Source: a virus. Taken from it: 64,000 bases of DNA. The translations under genes were made by a program, and so were the position numbers. The number at the start of each line of letters is the position of its first letter. The stretch's first letter is position 1. Under the pieces are notes generated by a model. That model searched no databases. It was not told the origin of the DNA and saw only the letters and a list, made by a program, of their open reading frames with translations. Location of the stretch: IMG/VR virus record IMGVR_UViG_3300046337_000201, positions 11,161-75,160 of that record; one strand, 5' to 3'. Positions 37,137 through 46,835 of the stretch are shown here, piece by piece.

Positions 37137-37631
37137 TTAATTGATTCTACCTAATTGTGCAATGTCCCTAACTGCTTCAATAATCCCTTTCATACTATTT
37201 AAGTACACAATAGGATTAGTAGTAGTGTATTTAGCTTTTGCTATCATAATTATTTGTTCTTCAGGAGTTTTAGCATTGTTTCTAGCATCTTTGTATCTAT
37301 CCCCTAAAAGTACATCTATGTGAGCTTTAAAGCCTGATTGCACATCTTTGAACTTAGCAAATTTAGCTTTTGTTTTTACTTTCTTACCTTTTACGAACTC
37401 AGTAGTATCTTGTAATACATACCCAACAACTCCTGGCAATGATGGATTGTATTTTATACCCGCAAAGTTATTGCTTCCTTCAGGGATGTATTTACCATAT
37501 CCACTTTCTAAAGCAGATTGAGCCATAACCGCAGGGAAGAATAAATTAGTTCCTTTTATGGCACTAGCTACTCCAATACCATATAGTTGGATAAATTTCT
37601 TTGTTGCGTTATATGTTGCTATTCCATACAT
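37137..37631 (-). CDS. GH73 glucosaminidase/muramidase (FlgJ-like)
   Basis: AQSALESGYG, NNFAGIK, TTEF, YTT..Y. Confidence 0.88.
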   Translation of the reverse strand: MYGIATYNATKKFIQLYGIGVASAIKGTNLFFPAVMAQSALESGYGKYIPEGSNNFAGIKYNPSLPGVVGYVLQDTTEFVKGKKVKTKAKFAKFKDVQSGFKAHIDVLLGDRYKDARNNAKTPEEQIIMIAKAKYTTTNPIVYLNSMKGIIEAVRDIAQLGRIN

Positions 37632-37633
37632 AA

Positions 37634-38176
37634 TTATTTATTTTTATTTTTTAAGTAGTAATACCCACCAATTCCTATCAAAATTAAACCAATTCCCAAC
37701 GTTGTTATGTTATTTTTTATAAACTCAATTACGTTGATTTTTAAAAGTTTTGCTTTTAGTCCATTAGCGTAATTAGTAATATCACTTGTTGCTTGACTAG
37801 TACCATAAGGAGTTGAGCCATAGTACCCTCTTTTCTTTAACTTATTGGCAAAATCATTGACATCAGTAGAGTCTTTTAATTGTTTAGGTGTAACACCTCC
37901 CATAGTAATATTATAGAGTCTTACTATTTTGTCATTAATAGAATCTTGTATTGTATTGAATTTTGCGTAATAGTTACCTTCAGGGGAAAGCGTACCTTGA
38001 ACTGCATTAGGTTGACCAATAAACTTTATACCACTTGTATTGTTATTGTTTTTAAATACGTTTGAGGTATAGTCAGCACTCTCAAAACGAGCTTGTGCCA
38101 CTATTAGTTTAGCCGCTTTTGGGTTGAATCCTTGTGAGATTGCGGTATCATATATCATTTGGTCAATACTTGCCAT
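37634..38176 (-). CDS. GH73-like peptidoglycan hydrolase with C-terminal membrane anchor
   Basis: AQARFES, NNTSGIK, LKKRGYY; C-terminal TM plus Lys-rich tail. Confidence 0.8.
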   Translation of the reverse strand: MASIDQMIYDTAISQGFNPKAAKLIVAQARFESADYTSNVFKNNNNTSGIKFIGQPNAVQGTLSPEGNYYAKFNTIQDSINDKIVRLYNITMGGVTPKQLKDSTDVNDFANKLKKRGYYGSTPYGTSQATSDITNYANGLKAKLLKINVIEFIKNNITTLGIGLILIGIGGYYYLKNKNK

Positions 38177-38179
38177 ATC

Positions 38180-39796
38180 TTATTTTTTATTTCTTTCTTT
38201 CCACTTAGCAGTTTGAGCACCAATAATTCTTAATGCAGATTCGTGAGCTTCTTTTTTGTTATAAGTTTTACCATAGTCTTTTTGAACTTTTGGAGCTACT
38301 TTTTTACGTTCTAATAGGCTTTTTTCAACTGCTTTTACCTTGTCAGCAAATTTTACTTCGCCACCCATAGCGTAAAATCCTTCTTTTTCATATCTTGACT
38401 TTGACATATTACCCATAGAATTGTATTCACCACTTTCCCATAGCTTTTTCATTTTCATATCAGCGGCTCTCATAGACTTAAATTCGCCTAATAACTCTCT
38501 TTTGTTTCCATCTTTAGAAACCCAAACTATGTATGGAACTACTTCGCCACCTCTAGCATATTCATCTATTCTTTTGCCAGTTTCTAGGTCTATTTGAGCT
38601 CTTTTGTGTGTTTTTAAATTTTCTACAACTATTTGATTATCCCAAAACATATCAGTTGTCACCTTGTCTCCTATTCTTAAACCATGTTCCATCATGCCGC
38701 CATGAGCCATTTTAGGAAAAATTCTAAATTGATTTTCAAATTTATTTTTGTCAGCTAATAATCTCATACCCGATTCTTTGCCATCTTCATCTAAATAGGA
38801 ATACTCATATTTTGTATCAGTTATTTTAGTGATTTTAGCCTCTCCACCTTCAAACATACCTTCATCGCCTACATTTAATTCACCACCTTCTTCAAAAATG
38901 CCAAAAAGTTTTCTTTCTTTTGGTCTCTCTTCAAATTCTTCTTCATCTTTTGTAACTATCTTCTCTCCATCATTAAATAGCATTTTACCTTGACTTTCGC
39001 CTATGTATCTAAATTCTTTGCCGCTATTGTCTTTGTACCAACGACCCGCAGTCATACCGCCATGAGCATATTTATGCTTAATCAATGCTATCCATAATGC
39101 TTGAATACCTCTTGTTTCAAATATTATATCATCATTATCATTATCTACTAAAAAGTATAATAATTCTTTGTCAATATTTATTTTAATTAAAGGTTTCATA
39201 CCTCCAATTGCAGATGTACGATTGAAATATCTATATATCTTTTCTCCTTCTTTTAATTTAATGTCTTTTACCAAATTTTGGTCATAATCATTTAATTTAT
39301 ATAAATATCCATCAGCCATTTTGCCACTGCTAGTTTTCCAACCAAAATTACCTACATAATCTTCTTCGGTATGTTGAACTTTTTGAAGTATGTCTTTTTC
39401 TATACTACCACTTGGTCTACTTAACCTCCACTCATCATTTTGGTCATAAAATTTAACATTTCCACCTTTAGCAAATCTTTCTCCTCTCGATACTCCTTCC
39501 CATACTTCTTTTGCAGGTTTTGGAGTAAAATATATATCTCTTTCAAGTCCTAATCCAAATGGAGGCACTTTAATTGTTTGAAACTCGGAACGACTTACGC
39601 TACCCATTTCAGGTTCAAATAAGTCTACTATTGCCCAAATATAATCAGGGTCTTCAGGGTCTGAGTTCAATAAATACCAAACACCATTTGAATATGGATT
39701 AAAAATTTTGGCAACAACCATCTGCTTGTCCAAATCAGCTCCATACTTGTATTGTTCAAACAATTTTTTATCAATCTCTTTTGTAAATAGACGCAT
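38180..39796 (-). CDS. Modular polyvalent-type protein (N-terminal DUF2958-like) with repeated xxGG motifs
   Basis: AKIFNPY...WYL...EMGSVS..E...GLGLERD; six [FYM][AE]xGG motifs plus one variant between short domains. Confidence 0.7.
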   Translation of the reverse strand: MRLFTKEIDKKLFEQYKYGADLDKQMVVAKIFNPYSNGVWYLLNSDPEDPDYIWAIVDLFEPEMGSVSRSEFQTIKVPPFGLGLERDIYFTPKPAKEVWEGVSRGERFAKGGNVKFYDQNDEWRLSRPSGSIEKDILQKVQHTEEDYVGNFGWKTSSGKMADGYLYKLNDYDQNLVKDIKLKEGEKIYRYFNRTSAIGGMKPLIKINIDKELLYFLVDNDNDDIIFETRGIQALWIALIKHKYAHGGMTAGRWYKDNSGKEFRYIGESQGKMLFNDGEKIVTKDEEEFEERPKERKLFGIFEEGGELNVGDEGMFEGGEAKITKITDTKYEYSYLDEDGKESGMRLLADKNKFENQFRIFPKMAHGGMMEHGLRIGDKVTTDMFWDNQIVVENLKTHKRAQIDLETGKRIDEYARGGEVVPYIVWVSKDGNKRELLGEFKSMRAADMKMKKLWESGEYNSMGNMSKSRYEKEGFYAMGGEVKFADKVKAVEKSLLERKKVAPKVQKDYGKTYNKKEAHESALRIIGAQTAKWKERNKK

Positions 39797-39802
39797 TTTT
39801 TA

Positions 39803-40351
39803 TTAATTTTTATATTCAAATGAATGATTTCTAACTGATTTTTGTCTCTTTTTTAATACATTAACAATATCACTTTTTGTACATGAAAGATAATTTGAGG
39901 CTTCTGATATTGATTTAAACTCCTTAACAAATTCTGAACTACCTTTTTTATACATTAAAACCGCCTTTTCATTATTAATTTGTGGTATTTTTAAATTTGC
40001 TTTATAAGCATGAATTTGATTTTCAGATTGATTACACCATTCTAAATTACTTACGGTATTGTCTGTTTTAATTCCATTTATATGATTTATTTGATTTTTA
40101 TTTTCAAATACTTCTAAAAATGCAAAACCTACCAAACGATGTACTTTAAAAAACTTACCCTTACCTTCTTTATACAAATCTAAAACTAAATAACCATCAC
40201 TATCTAAACTTGGATTTCTTAATTTTTCAGGCAAAACTCTATTGCCACCACGAAAATGTGCTATTAACTTTTCACAGCTTTTCACTCTACCAAGATTACT
40301 TACTTGATAGAGTCCTTCATAACCAATAATATCTTTCCAAATCTCTGACAT
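39803..40351 (-). CDS. NUMOD4-HNH homing endonuclease
   Basis: EIWKDIIGYEGLYQVSNLGRVKS; VHRLV...NHINGIKTDN...NLEW. Confidence 0.92.
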   Translation of the reverse strand: MSEIWKDIIGYEGLYQVSNLGRVKSCEKLIAHFRGGNRVLPEKLRNPSLDSDGYLVLDLYKEGKGKFFKVHRLVGFAFLEVFENKNQINHINGIKTDNTVSNLEWCNQSENQIHAYKANLKIPQINNEKAVLMYKKGSSEFVKEFKSISEASNYLSCTKSDIVNVLKKRQKSVRNHSFEYKN

Positions 40352-40354
40352 ATT

Positions 40355-40555
40355 TTATTCTTGTGTTCTGTGAATTTCTCCGCCCATTGCCATTTTCTTA
40401 GTTTGATATTCTAAGTAATGAGTAATATCGCTTAAATCGGTACTTGCTCTTTCAATTTTAGCTACTACCCAAGCTTCAATATCACTTTTAGTAGATACGA
40501 TATGAGATAATTCATCAGCATGATGCTTAACTGCTTTAATTTGACTTAAAACCAT
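40355..40555 (-). CDS. Short xxGG-motif protein, probably the frameshifted continuation of 40573..41505
   Basis: EAWVVAKI...HYLEY, MAMGGEI; frame stays open upstream into the previous gene. Confidence 0.6.
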   Translation of the reverse strand: MVLSQIKAVKHHADELSHIVSTKSDIEAWVVAKIERASTDLSDITHYLEYQTKKMAMGGEIHRTQE

Positions 40556-40572
40556 TTCACTATTGCTTTCTA

Positions 40573-41505
40573 CTACTTCTTTTTCAGATACACCCCACCA
40601 TCAGCCATTTTTTGTTCTTTTACACTATCCCATTTTTTAATTAATTTCAAATGTAAGTCTCTTCTTTTTTTACCATTTTCAGAAGATAAGTGACCTTCTT
40701 TTTCATGTAATTCTAAAATTCTTTTAGCTTCTTTTAAATCTGCTTCATTACCGAAATGTTTTGCCAAAAGAACAACATTTTCAGAATGATAGTTATTATC
40801 TTCATTATCTAAATATTCTTTTTCAATCTCTTCTAATTCATCTTTAGTCATTCCACCTTTAGCCATTTTATTAGAAAATTTCCAAAACTTTAATTCTCCC
40901 TCTCCCAACACTCTTTCTCCTCTATTGTTTCTTATTTCCCAAATATGAGGATTTTTATTGTATAAAGATTTTACTACATAAACACCATAATCCGCTTCTT
41001 TTGATTCAATTCTATCTCCAATTTTTATATTATCCTTTGTAATTTCTCCACCATCACCCATGTAGCCACCATGCTCTAATTTAGGGTATTTTTGAGCCTT
41101 TTTTGGTTGTTTTACATCAACACGATTTGCTCTATATTCATAATAAACATGACCTTTTGAACTCTTTTTATCGCTAAATTGGTTTCCTTTTAATCCTTTT
41201 GATACTCTACGACCAACGTGCAATGCTCCCTCTTCTGCATCCTTTTTCAAGTCTACACCCGCACCCTTATATATACCATATTTCTTTTTAGCAACTAATG
41301 CTTGAAGCTTAGATAATGTAGTAGCAGTACCTTTTGTAGTACTTACTTTACGAGGTTTAGCTCCTCCTTTCATTGATTCAAGCTCATTTTGAGCCTTTTC
41401 TAATTGAGCTTTTAGTTTAGATTTAATAGTAGCATTCAATCCTTTACTAGTCAAAGCCCCCTTTAATTTTTTAATATCACTCTTTAATTTTATTATAGTA
41501 GCCAT
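40573..41505 (-). CDS. Basic modular protein with repeated xxGG motifs
   Basis: YYEYRANR.D; LEHGG, MGDGG, MAKGG, MADGG. Confidence 0.65.
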   Translation of the reverse strand: MATIIKLKSDIKKLKGALTSKGLNATIKSKLKAQLEKAQNELESMKGGAKPRKVSTTKGTATTLSKLQALVAKKKYGIYKGAGVDLKKDAEEGALHVGRRVSKGLKGNQFSDKKSSKGHVYYEYRANRVDVKQPKKAQKYPKLEHGGYMGDGGEITKDNIKIGDRIESKEADYGVYVVKSLYNKNPHIWEIRNNRGERVLGEGELKFWKFSNKMAKGGMTKDELEEIEKEYLDNEDNNYHSENVVLLAKHFGNEADLKEAKRILELHEKEGHLSSENGKKRRDLHLKLIKKWDSVKEQKMADGGVYLKKK

Positions 41506-41529
41506 GTTATTTTGTTTATATGTTTAAAA

Positions 41530-42360
41530 TTACGAATTTTTTAGTTTTAATGCTTGTAATTCCTTCTTCTTTTTTTCCAATTCATCTTTTACCTCATCGT
41601 CAAACTCGGCTAATACTTCTAATCCATCTATTTCCTTTTGTAATCTCTTTATTTCTTTATCCTCTTTAGATATGGTTTTCTTAGGTAATTTTGCAATAAA
41701 ACCACTATTTGAAGCTTGTACTACATTAATAGATTTTTTAGGAATGTATTTATTATAATAGTTACTTCTAACCCCATCTAGGAATTTTTCTTTTTCCATT
41801 GTAACCTTCAATCCATCGCTTATGTACTCAACGAGTAAGGTTTCAGTAGATATACTTTTAATTTCAAATACTAAATCAGTTCCATTTACTATAAATTGCT
41901 CTCCTACTTCAAATGGAAAAATAACTTTCTCTTCTTTTATTTCATCCAATACTTTTACCCATTGACCACCATTAAAATAATCTTTTGCGTTTTCTATCTT
42001 TTCATTATATGATTTGTCAATTTTATCTACATTGGAATACCAAGATATTTTTGCCTCTCCCTTATCCAAATTAATATCAGATATGGTATATATATTATTT
42101 TTTGAACTTTTATCTAATGGTACTATAAATTTAGTGCCTTCTTCAAATGGTAAATTGCTTTCTACAACTTGTTCAACTATTGGCTTTTCAACAATTTTAG
42201 TTTTCTCAGCAGTACCAAATCTTTTAGAAAGGAAATCCAACGCAGATATAGTAGCATCAAACAACGCAGGATTTTCAGTTGAAATATTATTTAACTCACT
42301 ATCATTTGATACGACAAAATTATCAATCAAATCTTGTGCTTGTTCTTTATTTAAAGGCAT
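41530..42360 (-). CDS. Protein with two SH3-like modules and a C-terminal helical hairpin
   Basis: LPFEEGTKFIV and FPFEVGEQFIV repeats. Confidence 0.55.
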   Translation of the reverse strand: MPLNKEQAQDLIDNFVVSNDSELNNISTENPALFDATISALDFLSKRFGTAEKTKIVEKPIVEQVVESNLPFEEGTKFIVPLDKSSKNNIYTISDINLDKGEAKISWYSNVDKIDKSYNEKIENAKDYFNGGQWVKVLDEIKEEKVIFPFEVGEQFIVNGTDLVFEIKSISTETLLVEYISDGLKVTMEKEKFLDGVRSNYYNKYIPKKSINVVQASNSGFIAKLPKKTISKEDKEIKRLQKEIDGLEVLAEFDDEVKDELEKKKKELQALKLKNS

Positions 42361-42361
42361 A

Positions 42362-42700
42362 TTAATCTATTTTATCATATTGTGTTTCATCATCTATATT
42401 TAATGGCAATGATTCGCTTAAAAAAGATGCTCTTTCAAAAATATCTTTAAACTTATGGTCAATAAAGTTAATTTGTGCATCTTGACCAATAGTTGCTATT
42501 CTAAATTCGTAGTCTCTTTCCCCCGCTAATACTGACTCTTTCTCGTATTTAATAACGATGGTATTAGGTAATCCTTGATTTTGCATGATAGTAACATTAG
42601 ATATTGAACCATACCTTTTATCTACAAAATCCTTTAGGTTCTTTAATAATGTCATTGCAGCCATCAATTGTTTTGTGGTTATTTGTGGTTTTACTCTCAT
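42362..42700 (-). CDS. Hypothetical protein
   Basis: Tightly packed ORF. Confidence 0.55.
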   Translation of the reverse strand: MRVKPQITTKQLMAAMTLLKNLKDFVDKRYGSISNVTIMQNQGLPNTIVIKYEKESVLAGERDYEFRIATIGQDAQINFIDHKFKDIFERASFLSESLPLNIDDETQYDKID

Positions 42701-42701
42701 A

Positions 42702-44333
42702 TTAAAAGTTTTGTAATTCGTTTAAGACATTTTTCAGTAGTTCGTTTCTAACTTCTTGTCTATCCTCTTCAGTTTCGAAGAATATTCCCTCAGCATAGGT
42801 TGTAATCTCCAAAGTGATGTTGGTGATATACTTTTTAAAAGTAAATCTACCTTGTTTATCTATTATAGAATATCCAAATTCATTTAAGCTTTCATCGGTT
42901 CCTTGCAAAATTTTTGCTCCTAACTCTTTGAAAAAAACACCTAATGTCTGCCCTTGATAAATCAAATTTACATCTGCTTTAGATACAATGTCATCTAATT
43001 CCAATACAAAATTGTATACTTCATTGCTAATAGCTGACAAATCCTTTCTTAGCTCATTGGAGTTTACAATATCAATTTTATTCTTTAAGATAGTTGCACT
43101 TAGTCTCATCCACCAATTAAAAAATGGATTTATATTTATATCAATAAGCACATCTGCATCATTATATTTATTTCTTATATAATTTTTTACCCCATATAAA
43201 AAAGAATCAAGTCTATTCTTGATAACCATATCATGAAAAAACAACATAGCTTCAGGTAATACCTCTTTACTCTTAAAAAGACCTAATTTAACGTACTCTT
43301 GATATTTATTTCTATACCTCTCAATTCCCTCAAAATATTCATTTTGGCTAAAATTTGGTTGACCATAAATATCTTCTTTTTCAATAAAAGATGCAGTAAC
43401 TTCTTTTTCAACAGCCCACATTGCTAAATATTCATATACTTTCCTAAAACTATCTGAAGAAATCATAAAACCTAATGACTTATCAAATTCTTGACCAAAA
43501 TCTTTAGCTATGATAGGTTGTATTAATAAGCTATTTTTAAAATTTTTATCCTTAGCCACTTTGTACATTGGCAATTCTACTCCATTTGGTGTATTTTGTT
43601 TTAATGTCCATTTGGTATTCAACTTAACAAATCTAGTCATGTAGATTCTAGTCATTACCCCTATTGATTCAAGATAATCTGCAACCATCATCGCAGGTAT
43701 GTGTCTAATAGCGAATTGAGTGTCACCACTTAAACTAGTAAAATAGAATAAGCTATATATTTCCACATACTTTACCTTACCCTTGTTTCTTTTGTGTGTT
43801 AAATACACTTTTCTGTTTCTAGTTGCATATTTTAACTTAGCCCCTTTTACTCCATCTTCAATTGCAGTTTCTCCTTTTTGTCTAATAACGCAATCAAAAA
43901 TACCATTATCATCTTCGTAAATGTATATTTTCTCCCCATTATCAACCTTTTGAACCACCAAATTAGGTGGCACTACTCCACTAGGAAGCTCAAAGTCTTT
44001 AAATTTATCGGGATATTCATTTGCCAATTTTTGAGAAAAATACTCAGGAACTTTATACATACCCATAGAAGCCAATGAGAAATCAAATATTCCCATAGGT
44101 TTATCGGTAGCAACTAATTTGCTTTTTTCGGTTTTACCACCTAAATTCAATTTGAATGGTGCTGAATCAAATAGTAAATTTATTTTACTAAATGAGTTAT
44201 CATTATAATCGTTTAAATATTGTTGAAGATTGAAAAAAGAAGATTGCTCTTTTATAGAACTATAAAATTGCTCCCAATCGTCAATAGCCCAACATAATAT
44301 AGGATAACCTTCAAATCTGTTTTGAAAAGCCAT
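42702..44333 (-). CDS. Probable divergent vWA-like partner of the MoxR ATPase
   Basis: Abuts the ATPase; AMMVADYLESIGVMTRIY helix-strand; no clear MIDAS motif. Confidence 0.45.
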   Translation of the reverse strand: MAFQNRFEGYPILCWAIDDWEQFYSSIKEQSSFFNLQQYLNDYNDNSFSKINLLFDSAPFKLNLGGKTEKSKLVATDKPMGIFDFSLASMGMYKVPEYFSQKLANEYPDKFKDFELPSGVVPPNLVVQKVDNGEKIYIYEDDNGIFDCVIRQKGETAIEDGVKGAKLKYATRNRKVYLTHKRNKGKVKYVEIYSLFYFTSLSGDTQFAIRHIPAMMVADYLESIGVMTRIYMTRFVKLNTKWTLKQNTPNGVELPMYKVAKDKNFKNSLLIQPIIAKDFGQEFDKSLGFMISSDSFRKVYEYLAMWAVEKEVTASFIEKEDIYGQPNFSQNEYFEGIERYRNKYQEYVKLGLFKSKEVLPEAMLFFHDMVIKNRLDSFLYGVKNYIRNKYNDADVLIDININPFFNWWMRLSATILKNKIDIVNSNELRKDLSAISNEVYNFVLELDDIVSKADVNLIYQGQTLGVFFKELGAKILQGTDESLNEFGYSIIDKQGRFTFKKYITNITLEITTYAEGIFFETEEDRQEVRNELLKNVLNELQNF

Positions 44334-45727
44334 TATATAGTTTTTTGAGTTGCTTTATAATCCGATATTACCTTTTGTACTTCCATCAATTCGGCATCAG
44401 TGTCAAAATTAGGAGCACTTGAGTTATATGGCATTTTATTCTTTTCTTCAACTATCGCTTTAAATCTAGGGAAATCAACATCATTCAAAATAGCTTCTTT
44501 TGTTGCTGGTTTAAACAATCCAAAGAAATTTTCCATTGATTCAACAATAGTTTTAGGATTAGTTATCGCATCATTACTAATTTTACCTCTTTGTTGTGCT
44601 ACGTTATCTACAACTTCACGATATGCTACATATGTAGATTTAACATTACCCATTAAACGTAATGACACAAAAGCTTGTCCACTTGCTCTATTTTTCTCAA
44701 TAGATTGTCTAACCTTAACTAAGAATAACCAAATGAATGAGAATCCTTTCATGATTGTTTCAGCTTCAAATTGATAATCCACAAATACTCTATATGTAGA
44801 ACCAATGAATCTATCTTGTAAAGACAAATCTTGCTTAAAGTTAGCCTCGTAATCAGGGTCAATTGTGTTTAATGGTACGTTACCCGTTGCTATAACATAC
44901 AAGTTACCTAATTCTAAAACCTTGTTTTTACCATTTCTAATGGTAGGAGGTTTTGCAATACCCGTTGCAGGGTCTACTTTATAATCTTTTACTTTAGCTA
45001 AAGCTTCATTTAGAATACCCGCAGTGTTTGGGTCAATTTTAGGTAACTCATCCAATATAAGTACGCAACCATCTACTTTTTTCTCTGAACCATCTGCATT
45101 TACAATAACATTTGACCAAGCCATTGATAATTTACCTTCTTGGTAGCCATCAATAGTTTGACCTCCTAAAATATCCAATGGAGAAGTAAATTGGTTACAA
45201 TTCAATGTTATTTTCTCCCATCCAAGCATATCTGCAATTTCTTCTGCAAGGTAGGTTTTACCAGTACCTGCACCGCCATACAAATAACTATTGTTTCTAG
45301 CTATAATATCACTCAAAATCAATTGAGTCAAAGGTCTAGCCAATGTTTTAGGACTAACATCCTTAGTTGTTTGAATACCTAATAGTTTACCAATTGTAAG
45401 CTTAACATTTCTTGTTGAATTTAACAAAGCAATTAATGAAGGGCTTAAATCACTTTCGGTAATTTTTCTTTTAGAAAGTTCTTCATTTACCGCTTTTCGT
45501 ACTTCACTCATGCTTACGTTGGCACCCCCACTTTTCAAGGCACTTTGTAAAGCATTAAGCACTGCCATTAATTCGGCATCGCCTTCACCACTTATTGCAG
45601 CAGTTTGTACTTGTGCACTACCCACTGATTGAAGTCTAGCTAAGTTTTTTTGTGCTAATTCTCTATTAGCATCAGTAGTGTTAGGGTCGTTTATTATTCC
45701 TTCTAAAAGTTCAATTTGAGTTGCCAT
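44333..45727 (-). CDS. MoxR/CobS-like AAA+ ATPase
   Basis: YLYGGAGTGKT, LILDE, ATGN, LQDRF. Confidence 0.88.
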   Translation of the reverse strand: MATQIELLEGIINDPNTTDANRELAQKNLARLQSVGSAQVQTAAISGEGDAELMAVLNALQSALKSGGANVSMSEVRKAVNEELSKRKITESDLSPSLIALLNSTRNVKLTIGKLLGIQTTKDVSPKTLARPLTQLILSDIIARNNSYLYGGAGTGKTYLAEEIADMLGWEKITLNCNQFTSPLDILGGQTIDGYQEGKLSMAWSNVIVNADGSEKKVDGCVLILDELPKIDPNTAGILNEALAKVKDYKVDPATGIAKPPTIRNGKNKVLELGNLYVIATGNVPLNTIDPDYEANFKQDLSLQDRFIGSTYRVFVDYQFEAETIMKGFSFIWLFLVKVRQSIEKNRASGQAFVSLRLMGNVKSTYVAYREVVDNVAQQRGKISNDAITNPKTIVESMENFFGLFKPATKEAILNDVDFPRFKAIVEEKNKMPYNSSAPNFDTDAELMEVQKVISDYKATQKTI

Positions 45728-45728
45728 A

Positions 45729-46832
45729 TTATTTTTTTGAATTTATTATTTGTCGACTTAGTTCTCTAGCGGTAATGTTTGTTGGTAGATTTAAGTCTTT
45801 TTTTATTTTTGTAAAATTATTTGATAATAACCATAATTCCCCACTTTCTTCATTCCTAAAGATACTTAGTAACTCACTAGGGTTATATTCCCCATCGGTA
45901 GATTTAGAAATTTCTTGAATAGTACTAGAAAATTCCATTTTTTCTAGTTGGCTAGAAGCTTTAGTTTCTCCCTCGCTAGGTTCTCCTTTATCTTCACTTG
46001 GTTTATCACTTGGCTTACCTTCTCCCTCTCCTTCGCCTTCCTCACCCTCTCCTTCTCCTTGACCTTGACCTTCTCCCTCTCCTTCTCCTTCCTCACCTTC
46101 ACCTTCACCTTCTCCCTCTCCTTCCTCGCCTTTTTCACCTTTCTCTCCTTTTTCACCTTTCTCACCTTTCTCACCTTTTTCACCTTTTTCTCCTTCTTCG
46201 CCTTCACCTTTTTCACTCTCTTGACCTTTTTCAGTGTTACCACCTTCTTCTCCACCTTGATTAGTGATTGATTTAGGTATAAATAAGAATACTTTTTTAC
46301 TTGGCTCCTCTTCGAAAGTTACATCTTCATATCTTTTTAATAATACTTCACATTTTAATAGTTGTGGAATATCTTCGCCACTCCAATCTATTGTAAATAC
46401 GTTATCAGGTAATGGTTGAGGCATTGTGTCCATGCTTACTTCAAAATCAAAAATCTTTACTTGGCTCTTATCATCCATAACTACAAATAGACTAATGGTT
46501 CTAAATCCATTTTGTTTTGCACTCCCAATAGCCAATAATGGCAATATATTAGGATTTTGTTGTGGATTATTACCTAAGTTACCTCCACCACTAGACCCTT
46601 GCTCTCCACTACAAACACTTAATAAGTTTTCAAAATAGTTCCATGCTTCTAAAGAATCATTAGTTTTTAGCTCATTTTGTCTATCATCTATACTTCCACT
46701 AAATACTTTAATGTTTCTATTTTTATTTTGACCAATAAGCTCAAGGTAAAAGTCAGTATCATTACAATTATAGGAATATCTAACAATATCCCCATCCATA
46801 GTTTTCTTAAAATTATCTCTATTTAGTTTCAT
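45729..46832 (-). CDS. Protein with long Gly/Glu/Lys low-complexity linker (CobT-like acidic linker)
   Basis: (GEK)n and (GE)n run at about 46020..46250. Confidence 0.6.
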   Translation of the reverse strand: MKLNRDNFKKTMDGDIVRYSYNCNDTDFYLELIGQNKNRNIKVFSGSIDDRQNELKTNDSLEAWNYFENLLSVCSGEQGSSGGGNLGNNPQQNPNILPLLAIGSAKQNGFRTISLFVVMDDKSQVKIFDFEVSMDTMPQPLPDNVFTIDWSGEDIPQLLKCEVLLKRYEDVTFEEEPSKKVFLFIPKSITNQGGEEGGNTEKGQESEKGEGEEGEKGEKGEKGEKGEKGEKGEKGEEGEGEGEGEGEEGEGEGEGQGQGEGEGEEGEGEGEGKPSDKPSEDKGEPSEGETKASSQLEKMEFSSTIQEISKSTDGEYNPSELLSIFRNEESGELWLLSNNFTKIKKDLNLPTNITARELSRQIINSKK

Positions 46833-46835
46833 ATT

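Noticed and set aside
39803-40351. Group I intron around the HNH gene
   Set aside because: Flanks are only a few nt, and neighbouring genes have proper stops and starts
46130-46200. Collagen-like (GEK)n triplets
   Set aside because: Only about 7 triplets, without Pro, merging into GE dipeptide runs; better read as an acidic linker
45944-46271. Lys/Val-rich, Phe/Ser-rich and Leu/His-rich ORFs
   Set aside because: Alternative frames of the GEK/GE repeat in 45729..46832
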